DNA from: Minisyncoccota bacterium
GTDB taxonomy: Bacteria > Patescibacteriota > Minisyncoccia > Phycocordibacterales > Phycocordibacteraceae
Assembly: GCA_022842945.1 (NCBI GenBank)
Contig: JALHOO010000003.1
Coordinates: 14,458 to 78,457 of the forward strand
DNA: 64,000 bases
Direction: 5' to 3'
The stretch's first letter is position 1; every line of letters begins with the position of its first letter. A program made the translations under genes and the position numbers. Under the pieces are notes generated by a model. That model worked only from the letters and a program-made list of their open reading frames with translations, was not told the DNA's origin and made no database searches. Below are positions 9,997 through 19,463 of this stretch, in pieces.

Positions 9997-11553
9997 TTAG
10001 CGAATGCCGTCTGCGCTTGCCACTTGCACGAGCTCGCCCTCTGCAAGACCGCGCGCGTCTGCAACGATGCGCAGCTCTTTAGGAAGATCGGTGCGCACTT
10101 CAATGCGGTCTCCACGTACCTCGCCAACCTCAACCGCGTGTGCAACAAGACGCTGGTCTTCGCCAACGGAGAACACGATGCGGTCTCCTGCGCGGAGCTT
10201 AACTGAAGCCAACGGCAGAAGGATCGGACCCTCTGCAACTACTTCAGTTTCTTCTCGCGGAGCGAGGTCTGGAAGAGCGATATGTACAGACTGTCCGTTT
10301 ACGAGCTCGCTCGCTCCCGTAACGGCTACGTGTACCTCAATCTGCTTGGTTATAGGGTCGAGAGCCGGAGCGATAGAGGTAATAACGCCTTCGTACTTCC
10401 CGTCAACGGTAGCGCGCCCTCCTGCAGCAAGAAGATCGCGGTTGTCTTCAGAGACGTACGCCACAATCTCAAGCGCACCGTTCTGTGCAACGGTTGCGAC
10501 GTGCTGAAGTGGCGTTACGTAGTCGCCAACACGAATCGGAAGGAAGTTAATCTGCCCGCCAATAGGTGCACGTACAACCGTGCGCTCAAGGGCCGCCTGT
10601 GCGCCGCGCAGGGCACCGAGCGCCTGTTTGATAGATGCGTCCGAACTTGCGGTTGCGGACACGGTACCGGTGCGTAGTCCCGCTCGAGCTGAAGTAATGC
10701 TCGAAAGTACGCCATTAACACCTGCGCGTGCGCTTGCGAGTCCTGCCGTCTGTGCGGCGGTAACTCTTGAGTCACGCTGGTTAGCGGCATCAGCAAGCTG
10801 GTTTAGGAAGGTTTGTATCTGACGGGTGATTCCTTCAGCTTCATTCAAAAGTGTCTCTGGAGTACGACTGTTTGCGCTCGCAAGACCGGTTTCGTAGGAA
10901 GCCATGAGGGTATTGAGACGTGCACGCTCGCGTGAGAGGCGGTTTGCGGTGTCTGCACCAGGATAGATCAAGAGATCGGGTCCAACCGGAGTAGGGCCTC
11001 CAAAGAAGGTGTCGACATCGTTCTCAAGAAGCGTGTCGAGTGTAGTGAAGATACTGCGGTAGGAGTCACGTGCGGACGCTTGAGTGTCGGGGAGAGACTG
11101 TGCATTGCGGCTTGCGATAGCAGCGTCGTACGCGCCTTCAGCCTGAAGCACCACTGCGCGCTCTGCAGCGTTCTCAAGTTCTGCAATAACGGAGCCCGCC
11201 GGGACGGTGCCGCCAATACGTGCGCGCACACTGCGGACGGTACCGCCATTCTGTGCAAGGAGGTTTGCCTCGGTTACGGAGCGAACCGTACCTATAAGGT
11301 CAACACTGCCACCGGTTCCTGAAAGCTCTCCAACAGTTGCGAGTGTTACAAAGCGACCCTCTGCGCGAGTGTCGTCTGACTTCTCTCCGTTGAGGAGCAT
11401 GAATGCACCAATAAGGAGTACGAGAAGAAGAAGGGCAATACCAACTCTCTGCCAGAGGGGTAGGGCAGCGTAGAGAGCCCAGAGCGCTTTGGCGTTCGCT
11501 GGGAGAGAGGTAAGGAATGTGCGCACGCGGGAAAGAATCGATGTAAATGACAT
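9997..11553 (-). CDS. RND periplasmic adaptor / HlyD-family membrane fusion protein
   Basis: N-terminal TM, lipoyl-like halves (VRAPIGG), long coiled coil; immediately upstream of the RND permease. Confidence 0.88.
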   Translation of the reverse strand: MSFTSILSRVRTFLTSLPANAKALWALYAALPLWQRVGIALLLLVLLIGAFMLLNGEKSDDTRAEGRFVTLATVGELSGTGGSVDLIGTVRSVTEANLLAQNGGTVRSVRARIGGTVPAGSVIAELENAAERAVVLQAEGAYDAAIASRNAQSLPDTQASARDSYRSIFTTLDTLLENDVDTFFGGPTPVGPDLLIYPGADTANRLSRERARLNTLMASYETGLASANSRTPETLLNEAEGITRQIQTFLNQLADAANQRDSRVTAAQTAGLASARAGVNGVLSSITSARAGLRTGTVSATASSDASIKQALGALRGAQAALERTVVRAPIGGQINFLPIRVGDYVTPLQHVATVAQNGALEIVAYVSEDNRDLLAAGGRATVDGKYEGVITSIAPALDPITKQIEVHVAVTGASELVNGQSVHIALPDLAPREETEVVAEGPILLPLASVKLRAGDRIVFSVGEDQRLVAHAVEVGEVRGDRIEVRTDLPKELRIVADARGLAEGELVQVASADGIR

Positions 11554-11695
11554 ATCTCAATTATTATCACATAATAGGCATATTGTCAAATATTGTCGCC
11601 GCGGCATAGCCATAAAGTAGGCCGTTTTATAAGAATAGGCTCCAGGTTGAATCTCGTGTGCACATAGGAGGAAGAACAGGTGGTATTCTGAAGAG

Positions 11696-12517
11696 ATGAA
11701 GATTCACGAACACGTCTCCTCGCACCACTCATTCATGTATCTTTGGATTGTGGGAGCACTTCTGGTGCTCGGAGGGCTTGTCTACTCCTATGTAGGATCA
11801 CATCCTGCCGGCATCATCGACGGACAGCATGAGGGAGATGTGCGTACAACGGTTGCAGGATTCGGCAACCAGCTAAACTCGGTATCACTACTTTCTCCGC
11901 GCGTTTCTGAGGAGATACAGCGTGCGTACCGTCCGTATGTAACACCTGAATTACTTACAGGTTGGATAGCAGATCCGAGTACTGCCCCTGGACGCGGTTC
12001 CTCAAGTCCGTGGCCTGACCACATCGAAGTTGATAGCGTCACGCTCAGGGAAGACGGAAGTTATGAGGTTATGGGGCGTGTCATGCTTAGGGCGAGTGAT
12101 GGTGACGCAGGAATTATTCCGGTTGCACTCACGGTTGCAAGTATTGAAGGAAGCTACCTCATCACCAAGTACGAAGAGAATCCTCAAGAAGTAGAAGTTG
12201 CAACTGAGGACACAGTTACACTCAGTCTTAACGAAACGGGTTCTCTCTATGGTGTGCGCATAACGCCACGCATGGTTACTGAAGACAGTCGTTGTCCGCA
12301 AGACGTTGCCTGCATTCAGGCAGGACAGGTTCGTATCCAGGCAGAGCTCATAGATGGTATGGGTACCAGCACCATGGAGTTCACCCTTGGAGCAGAAGAA
12401 TCTATTAGCTCAGAAGTCGCTATGTTCTGGCTCACGACCGTTACGCCAGAGAAAGCCTCAACAACCCACACAGAAGACGCGCAGTATCGTTTTACGTTCA
12501 CAGCTGAAAAACGCTAG
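11696..12517 (+). CDS. Membrane-anchored hypothetical protein
   Basis: N-terminal TM; PGRGSSSPWPD and EDSRCPQDVACIQAG motifs. Confidence 0.75.
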   Translation: MKIHEHVSSHHSFMYLWIVGALLVLGGLVYSYVGSHPAGIIDGQHEGDVRTTVAGFGNQLNSVSLLSPRVSEEIQRAYRPYVTPELLTGWIADPSTAPGRGSSSPWPDHIEVDSVTLREDGSYEVMGRVMLRASDGDAGIIPVALTVASIEGSYLITKYEENPQEVEVATEDTVTLSLNETGSLYGVRITPRMVTEDSRCPQDVACIQAGQVRIQAELIDGMGTSTMEFTLGAEESISSEVAMFWLTTVTPEKASTTHTEDAQYRFTFTAEKR

Positions 12518-12528
12518 CTTCCTTTCAG

Positions 12529-14199
12529 ATGACTCAGGCTGAAGCGCTTTCGATACTAAAGACAGGTGCGAATGTATTTCTTACGGGAGAACCGGGAAGC
12601 GGCAAGACACATACCGTTAATGCATACATCGCGTGGCTTCGTTCGCACGGTATCGAGCCCTCTATAACGGCATCAACGGGTATTGCTGCTACACACGTGG
12701 GTGGCATGACGCTTCATGCATGGAGTGGTATCGGTATTGCAGACCAGATGACACCAGAACTCCTCGACACCATTGCAAACAAAGAACATGTTGCAAAGCG
12801 TCTTCAGAAAGCAAAGGTGCTCGTTATAGACGAGGTGTCCATGCTTTCAGCGGGGGTGCTGTCTATGGTGGATGAAGTAGCGCGAGAAGTGCGCCATCGG
12901 CCGGAACACGCGTTCGGAGGATTGCAGGTAGTGCTTGTGGGAGACTTCTTCCAGTTGCCGCCGGTCTCCCGCGGTCAGGTGCAGTTTGCGTTTCAGTCTC
13001 CTGCGTGGACGAAGCTTAATCCTATGGTCTGTTATTTAACTGAACAACATCGCCAGGACGATGCGCAGTTTCTTTCGGTACTTGGCGCTATTCGCTCGGG
13101 TGAGTGGGATCACACGCACGTGTCGCAGATAATGGCACGCGAAGCGGAGTACGACAGTATTGAGGAAGGAGTACCGCAATTGTTTACACATAATGCAGAT
13201 GTTGATCGCATCAATAGCGACCAGCTTACGAAGCTTCCCGGAAGCACGAAGACGTTCGCCATGTCCGCGTCGGGGTCTGCGGCACTCGCAGAGTCTATGA
13301 AGCGCGGATGCCTTTCTCCAGAGTCTTTGGTTCTTAAGGAAGGTGCGGTTGTTATGGCAACGAAGAACAATCCGGTTGCAGGATATGCAAACGGTACGCT
13401 CGGTATTGTTATTGGATTTGAACGGGGAACAGGGTTTCCTATTGTTGAGACACGCGACGGACGTGAGCTTACCATTGCACCGGCTGAGTGGGCTGTTGAG
13501 GAGGGAGGGAAGGTTAAGGCGAAACTCACCCAGATTCCTTTGAAGCTTGCCTGGGCCCTCACTATTCATAAGAGCCAGGGGCAAAGTCTTGATGCTGCGG
13601 CAATGGACCTGTCTCGTTCATTTGAGTACGGACAGGGATACGTAGCGCTCTCACGTGTACGAAGTCTTGCGGGTGTCCACTTGCTTGGATGGAGCGAGAA
13701 CGCACTTATGGTGCACCCACTCGTGGCGTCGCTCGACAAGGATCTGCGTATAACGTCAGAGGCAGCTGCGCGTGCATTCGAAGCGCTCGAGGTGTCCGGC
13801 GAGCGGGAGATAATGGAGCAGAACTTTATAAAGGCCTGCGACGGTACGCTTGAAGCTGTTCCTATTGGCGAGCGACTTGAGAAGCGCTCAACATTTGATG
13901 AGACGTTCGCGCTCCTCGAAGAAGGAAAGAGTCTTGCAGACATCGCAAAAGAACGGAAGCTTACCCTTGGCACTATTGCAGACCATGCAACTAAACTCGT
14001 TTCTTCAGGACGCATAACCACTGAACTGGTTGAGGCACGTATACCAGCACGCCTTAAGGGTGCTCTTCCCTCCATTTACCATGCCTTTGAAGAGAATGGC
14101 ACCGAGAAGCTTACGCCCGTCCATGCTTTTCTTAAGGCCAAGTACTCGTTCGACGAGCTGAAACTCGCACGTATTCTATACACAGCGGAACGAGGATAA
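12529..14199 (+). CDS. PIF1-family DNA helicase with C-terminal HTH
   Basis: GEPGSGKT, IDEVSM, GDFFQLPPV, TIHKSQG and YVALSRV motifs. Confidence 0.92.
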   Translation: MTQAEALSILKTGANVFLTGEPGSGKTHTVNAYIAWLRSHGIEPSITASTGIAATHVGGMTLHAWSGIGIADQMTPELLDTIANKEHVAKRLQKAKVLVIDEVSMLSAGVLSMVDEVAREVRHRPEHAFGGLQVVLVGDFFQLPPVSRGQVQFAFQSPAWTKLNPMVCYLTEQHRQDDAQFLSVLGAIRSGEWDHTHVSQIMAREAEYDSIEEGVPQLFTHNADVDRINSDQLTKLPGSTKTFAMSASGSAALAESMKRGCLSPESLVLKEGAVVMATKNNPVAGYANGTLGIVIGFERGTGFPIVETRDGRELTIAPAEWAVEEGGKVKAKLTQIPLKLAWALTIHKSQGQSLDAAAMDLSRSFEYGQGYVALSRVRSLAGVHLLGWSENALMVHPLVASLDKDLRITSEAAARAFEALEVSGEREIMEQNFIKACDGTLEAVPIGERLEKRSTFDETFALLEEGKSLADIAKERKLTLGTIADHATKLVSSGRITTELVEARIPARLKGALPSIYHAFEENGTEKLTPVHAFLKAKYSFDELKLARILYTAERG

Positions 14200-14222
14200 G
14201 AGATACGGTACAATAGGTGTCC

Positions 14223-15239
14223 ATGCAGGCATCGTTCATTGAGTCTTTCAGACGACGTCGTCCCACACGTCGTCACCTTCTTATAGGAGGCGCTGCATTC
14301 GTACTCTTTCTTATAGTGTTCGTACTGGTATACGCAAAGTATTTCGGACCTGTTACTCCTGCATCGATTCCCGCTTCTGACTTCATCGTGTCTCCAGACA
14401 GCGAGTTTGAAACTGTTGTGCAAGAACTGAAAGCCGGCGGTTACATAAAGAGTATGACGGCCTTTCGTATTGCGTACGGTACCCAGGGAGGTATGCGCGA
14501 GATTAGAGAGGGAGGCTACGTTATCTCGCCGTCTATGGACGTGTGGACCGTTGCGGACCGTCTGTCACAGTCTCCGTATCTTGCGTGGATAACGTTTCCG
14601 CCCGGCTGGCGAAAGGAGCAGATTGCAGACTACCTCACCCGAAAGCTCGATTGGACCGAAGAACAGAAGAGACAGTTTATTGAGGTGGACACGGCACCTT
14701 CGTTTGAAGAGATTGAGGGTGTGTACTATGGCGATACGTATCTCATTCCTTCAGACCAGAATCCCGCACAGATTGCCGCACGTCTGAGAGATCGCTTTAA
14801 GGAAATGTTCGCGCCCTATGCCGCGCAGACTGTTGAGAAGAATGTCACCTGGACCGAGACGCTCATTATGGCGTCCTTAATTGAGCGTGAGGCGGCAAAG
14901 AACGACAAGCATCTTGTTGCGGGTATTCTCTGGAACCGCATTAATGACGGCATGCGTCTGCAGGTTGATGCAAGTCTGCAATATATCCGTGGAGTAGAGG
15001 GGAACTGGTGGCCGCAGCCACGCTCTGAGGATAAGGATCTTGAATCTCCCTTTAATACGTACAGAAATTCCGGACTTCCTCCGCACCCCATTGCAAACCC
15101 GTCCCTTGAGTCCATTGAGGCGGCCCTCAACCCGGAAGACACCAACTGCATGTACTACCTACATGACAACGACGGACAGATACACTGTTCGGTTACGTAT
15201 GCAGGACACGTGGCGAACGTGAATAGGTATCTTCGCTAG
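14223..15239 (+). CDS. mltG: Endolytic murein transglycosylase MltG
   Basis: ASLIEREA, LQVDAS and SPFNTYRNSGLPPHPIANP motifs. Confidence 0.92.
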   Translation: MQASFIESFRRRRPTRRHLLIGGAAFVLFLIVFVLVYAKYFGPVTPASIPASDFIVSPDSEFETVVQELKAGGYIKSMTAFRIAYGTQGGMREIREGGYVISPSMDVWTVADRLSQSPYLAWITFPPGWRKEQIADYLTRKLDWTEEQKRQFIEVDTAPSFEEIEGVYYGDTYLIPSDQNPAQIAARLRDRFKEMFAPYAAQTVEKNVTWTETLIMASLIEREAAKNDKHLVAGILWNRINDGMRLQVDASLQYIRGVEGNWWPQPRSEDKDLESPFNTYRNSGLPPHPIANPSLESIEAALNPEDTNCMYYLHDNDGQIHCSVTYAGHVANVNRYLR

Positions 15240-15323
15240 TCTCTCTTTACAAGGCTGGGCGAGAGGAGTAGCGTTCCTGGTATAGAACCGGTTACGGGTT
15301 CATAAGATCCTTGGGAGGTAAAC

Positions 15324-15761
15324 GTGGTTAAAGAAGTAGAAGTTACCGCTGCAGACGCCGAGAATGCTCTTGACTCCGTGAGCCCGATCATCATGGGCCT
15401 GGTTGCTGTTGGCGCCCACAAAGGGGCGTATGTCAGAATCGGAAACCGTACATCCGGTGAACGGCTTGCAGAGCGCGGATTCGGCGTTGTGAAGCCTCAG
15501 GAAAATCTGGACTACAAGGATTTATCTGGGCAGAAATACAGCGTCGTGTTTAAGCGTGGGGTGTCGATGCGCTACGCATTGAATAATCCTGCGATGCTTG
15601 ATCCGAACGAGCGCAAACTACATAGAGGCGCTTTTCTTTTCGGGGATTGCATCATTGCTGTAGCAGGGTTGGGGGATTCGAGCGAGACCATTGCATTTGT
15701 TCTCGCTCAGTACCTCGGACTGCTCTATGTACCGGCCGTGGAGACCCTTGCTGCTGAATAA
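15324..15761 (+). CDS. Hypothetical protein (weak GlcG/HbpS-like C-terminus)
   Basis: GGGAGG SD before GTG; followed by a terminator hairpin; GAFLFGDCIIAVAG. Confidence 0.6.
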   Translation: MVKEVEVTAADAENALDSVSPIIMGLVAVGAHKGAYVRIGNRTSGERLAERGFGVVKPQENLDYKDLSGQKYSVVFKRGVSMRYALNNPAMLDPNERKLHRGAFLFGDCIIAVAGLGDSSETIAFVLAQYLGLLYVPAVETLAAE

Positions 15762-15770
15762 GCCAACAGA

Positions 15771-15810
15771 CCCGCCCGCAACCCCCGTGGTTGCGGGCGG
15801 GCTTTCGTTT
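15771..15810 (+). terminator. Intrinsic terminator
   Basis: CCCGCCCGCAACC...GGTTGCGGGCGGG stem followed by a T-rich tail. Confidence 0.8.
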
Positions 15811-15899
15811 CCCCGCGTTGACGCATTACCTATATAAAGGTACTTTATAGACATCAACGCCCAAGGGGCATTTTTATTTTACCGAGCCCGCAATTACCT

Positions 15900-17687
15900 A
15901 TGGAAATCCGAAACATCGCCATCATCGCGCACGTGGACCACGGCAAGACCACGCTGACTGATGCCATCATGAAGCAGACCGGTGCTGCCGCTGAGGGTGT
16001 GTCTATGGACTCAAACGCGCTTGAGCACGAGCGTGGTATCACCATCTACTCGAAGAACACCTCTATTGAGTACAAGGGAACCAAGATCAACATCGTGGAC
16101 ACCCCAGGCCACTCCGACTTCGGTTCTGAGGTTGAGCGCGTGCTTCGCTCCATCGACTCCGTGCTTCTCATTGTTGATGCGCAGGAGGGTCCAATGCCAC
16201 AGACTCGTTTCGTACTTAAGAAGTCTCTTGAGCTTGGACTGAAGCCAATCGTAGTGCTCAACAAGATTGATAAGCCAGCGGCAGACCCGGCGAGGGCAGA
16301 AGACCAGGTACTTGAGCTCTTCCTAGAGCTTGGTGCGTCTGACGAGCAGTCTGACTTCACGACCGTATACGCTATTGGGCGAGAGGGTGTTGCTATGAAG
16401 AAGCTTGATGACGAGCGTAAGGATCTTACGCCGCTTCTTGACGTTATTCTTGAGCACGTTGCCCCTACCTCAAGCGACGAGAGCGCGGCTAAGCCACTTA
16501 AGCTCCAGACCTTCAACCTTGCCTACGACAACTTCCTCGGACGTCTTGCTATTGCGCGCGTGTACGAGGGGGTGGTTAAGGCGGGACAGGCCGTTATGGT
16601 AAAGAAGCCGGACGGCACAAGTCGGAACGCTAAGATCACCAAGCTCTTCACCTTCAAAGGTCTTGAGCGTGTGGACGTTGCAGAGGCAGGTGCTGGAGAC
16701 ATTGTTATTGTTGCTGGTATTCCGGACGCTTTCATCGGCGAGACCGTTACGACTGACGCGTCAGTTGAAGCAATGCCTGCTATCGCAATTGATGAGCCAA
16801 CCATCACCGTTAACTTCCTCGTTAATAACTCTCCGTTTGCCGGACGTGAAGGAAAGTACGTAACCAGCCGTCAGCTCCGCGAGTATCTTGAGCGCGAGCT
16901 TGAGGTTAACGTGGGACTTAAGGTGGACTTCGTATCTCCTGACGCCTTTAAGGTGTCCGGACGTGGAGAGCTCCACATCGCTATTCTCCTTGAGAACATG
17001 CGCCGTGCTGGGTACGAGATGCAGGTCTCTCAGCCACAGGTAATTATCCGCGAGGAGGAGGGCCAGAAGCTTGAGCCATACGAGGAGGTTACTATCGACA
17101 CGCCTACCGAGTTCCAGGGCTCTATTATCGAGCGCCTCGGCACCCGTGCGTTCGTCCTTCAGAACCTCGTGCAGGAAGGGGACACTGTCCGCCTCACGCT
17201 TGAAGGTCCTACTCGTGGACTCCTTGGATACCGCAACCAGTTCGTGGTGGACACAAAGGGCGAGGGAATTCTCTCTACACGCGTTATCGGCTTCAAGCCA
17301 TACGCAGGCGAGATCAAGAAGCGCCAGGTTGGTTCCATGATCTCCATGGCAAGCGGCAAGGCACTCGGCTACGCTCTCTGGAGCATGCAGGAGCGCGGCG
17401 TGCTCTACATCATTCCCGCTACGGAAGTGTATGAGGGTATGGTTGTGGGCAACACCTCGAAGGGAGAGGAGATGGTGGTTAACCCAACCAAGGGAAAGAA
17501 CCAGTCCAACGTCCGTTCGTCTGGTATGGACGAGGCTATCAACCTCGTACCTGCCTTTACGCTCACCATTGAGCGCGGACTTGAGGTTATGTCTGACGAC
17601 GAGTACCTCGAGATCACACCGCTCTCAGTACGTCTTCGCAAGCAGGGTCTCACCGAGACCGATCGTGCGAAGAGCAAGCGATCCTAA
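15900..17687 (+). CDS. typA: Translational GTPase TypA/BipA
   Basis: AHVDHGKTT, DTPGHSDF and GRGELH motifs; BipA C-terminal domain. Confidence 0.97.
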   Translation: MEIRNIAIIAHVDHGKTTLTDAIMKQTGAAAEGVSMDSNALEHERGITIYSKNTSIEYKGTKINIVDTPGHSDFGSEVERVLRSIDSVLLIVDAQEGPMPQTRFVLKKSLELGLKPIVVLNKIDKPAADPARAEDQVLELFLELGASDEQSDFTTVYAIGREGVAMKKLDDERKDLTPLLDVILEHVAPTSSDESAAKPLKLQTFNLAYDNFLGRLAIARVYEGVVKAGQAVMVKKPDGTSRNAKITKLFTFKGLERVDVAEAGAGDIVIVAGIPDAFIGETVTTDASVEAMPAIAIDEPTITVNFLVNNSPFAGREGKYVTSRQLREYLERELEVNVGLKVDFVSPDAFKVSGRGELHIAILLENMRRAGYEMQVSQPQVIIREEEGQKLEPYEEVTIDTPTEFQGSIIERLGTRAFVLQNLVQEGDTVRLTLEGPTRGLLGYRNQFVVDTKGEGILSTRVIGFKPYAGEIKKRQVGSMISMASGKALGYALWSMQERGVLYIIPATEVYEGMVVGNTSKGEEMVVNPTKGKNQSNVRSSGMDEAINLVPAFTLTIERGLEVMSDDEYLEITPLSVRLRKQGLTETDRAKSKRS

Positions 17688-17797
17688 GTATCGGTAGGTG
17701 CGCCTCAATATCCCGCGAAAGCGGGATATTGACTTTATATACAAAATGTATATAATAATGTCCGCATGCTGTTTGAATTCTGACCGAGGAGGGTCAC

Positions 17798-18178
17798 ATG
17801 GAATATCAGAAAAATGTCCGCTTGTTAGCCAAACTGATGGGAATCACCAATCCCGACTCCATTCCTGAAAACGAGCTCGGCATCGAACGGCTGGTCTACA
17901 GAAATGAAGCCGGTGACGCGTTCATCGTAGACGCCCTGCCTTCGAACCGGGGCGGCCGGCTTTTCTGGCAGAGTGTCGCCGCATTCCAGGACAGGAAGAC
18001 GCTCGAGTATGTCGCTCGAAGCGACTATGTGAAGTTCGGCCCCGGTTTCAAACAAGCCGCGGCTGACTTCTTCTTGGATGCTTGGGGTGACCTCAGTTCT
18101 GTGAAAAGGACCCTGCTCTATGGCATCGCGACCTACACCAGCGTCGAGATCTTCTGGAAGGAGGGCTTCTTCGACTAG
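17798..18178 (+). CDS. Hypothetical orphan protein
   Basis: TTGACT/TATAAT promoter, GAGGAGG SD and downstream hairpin. Confidence 0.7.
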   Translation: MEYQKNVRLLAKLMGITNPDSIPENELGIERLVYRNEAGDAFIVDALPSNRGGRLFWQSVAAFQDRKTLEYVARSDYVKFGPGFKQAAADFFLDAWGDLSSVKRTLLYGIATYTSVEIFWKEGFFD

Positions 18179-18292
18179 GATTTCCTCCAAACCATCAAAG
18201 GGCGCTTCCGCAAGGAGGCGCCCTTTCTTCATCTCACCTCCAGGTTCCTTTGTGTACGGTATACGCTTGTTACCTCATTCATTCCGTACACC

Positions 18293-18445
18293 ATGCTGTA
18301 TACCATCGCTGTTATCCTCCTTGTACTCTGGCTTCTAGGCAACGTTCTGTCATTTACTCTCGGCGGCTTCGTACACCTGCTTCTTGTTATCGCCATTATC
18401 GTAGTGCTCGTGCGTCTCATTCAGGGAAAGAACCCTATTGCCTAA
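18293..18445 (+). CDS. lmo0937-family small membrane protein
   Basis: Manual translation MLYTIAVILLVLWLLGNVLSFTLGGFVHLLLVIAIIVVLVRLIQGKNPIA (50 aa, below the ORF-track cutoff). Confidence 0.85.
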   Translation: MLYTIAVILLVLWLLGNVLSFTLGGFVHLLLVIAIIVVLVRLIQGKNPIA

Positions 18446-18477
18446 CTGAGGACATGAGCAAACAAAGGGTCGAGTAG

Positions 18478-19215
18478 TTACTCGGCCCTTTGTTTGCGGT
18501 GCAGTTCAATATTTATCGAACCGCTCGACTCTTCCACCGTCCAATTCTGAAGGTATTTCTTGAACATGGCAGAAAAGAGACGGGAGCGTGCGCGTGACCG
18601 ATCCCTGCTGTTTGGGTGGGCTCCGAGAAAATGCTCACCAAACAGATCTTTATACATCTCGAAAAGCCGACCACCCTCGTATGCTCCAGAAAATGATAGG
18701 AGTTCTTCGCGGGTATAGACCGTGTCTGGATGGGTAAGGATCTTATCTATACATGCCTTAATATCATCAACTGAATATGAAACTCCTGAAGGGCTACTTT
18801 CAATACGTTGTACTAGGCCGTTAGCGTAGTCTGTAAAGCTTTCAACAAAGGCAGCTCTCGTTCGGAAAAGTTCCTCGCTACTTTCGGGGTCGAGGTTAGT
18901 TGTGGCAAAGCCATATCCTTCCGTCTCTGTTTGCAGGGTAAAGGAATGTGGACTGAATTGGCCCTGTGCCAGTCTGAAACGATATGCGTGCCCACCGATG
19001 GTTTTTGAAAGAATGAACCGATGATAGGTTTTTTCCTCCGGATCATTCCAATACGAAGTACGGTAATGCACAATCGAACCCTCAGCCGGATCGGGCCTGT
19101 CTTTACCTTGGTATACACCCTCGTCCTCAATAATGGGGAATCGCTCAAGGTTCTCCTGCGATTCTTGAGATGCAGTAGGCATCTTACGACGCTCCGTGGG
19201 CAATTTCTCGCTCAT
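18478..19215 (-). CDS. Hypothetical protein
   Basis: Long ORF; start placed at MSEKLPTE. Confidence 0.65.
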   Translation of the reverse strand: MSEKLPTERRKMPTASQESQENLERFPIIEDEGVYQGKDRPDPAEGSIVHYRTSYWNDPEEKTYHRFILSKTIGGHAYRFRLAQGQFSPHSFTLQTETEGYGFATTNLDPESSEELFRTRAAFVESFTDYANGLVQRIESSPSGVSYSVDDIKACIDKILTHPDTVYTREELLSFSGAYEGGRLFEMYKDLFGEHFLGAHPNSRDRSRARSRLFSAMFKKYLQNWTVEESSGSINIELHRKQRAE

Positions 19216-19463
19216 GACCTCATTAAAGCACGTGAGTAGCTCTAGTCCTGAGTTTAAAATCCCCATAGACACTTGCAAAAAAGCCCACATCTGCTATACT
19301 ATTTCCACAACGGTTATTCCACGGTTTGTCGTCTTGAAGAGTTATTCAAGACCAGACACCGCGCTACGGCGCACGTCTTGAAACTCTCGAGAACGGTTGA
19401 GTCAGATTCCTGGCTACTTACACAAACCGCACGCCCTACAGCGTGCACTAGCATTCCAAATAC

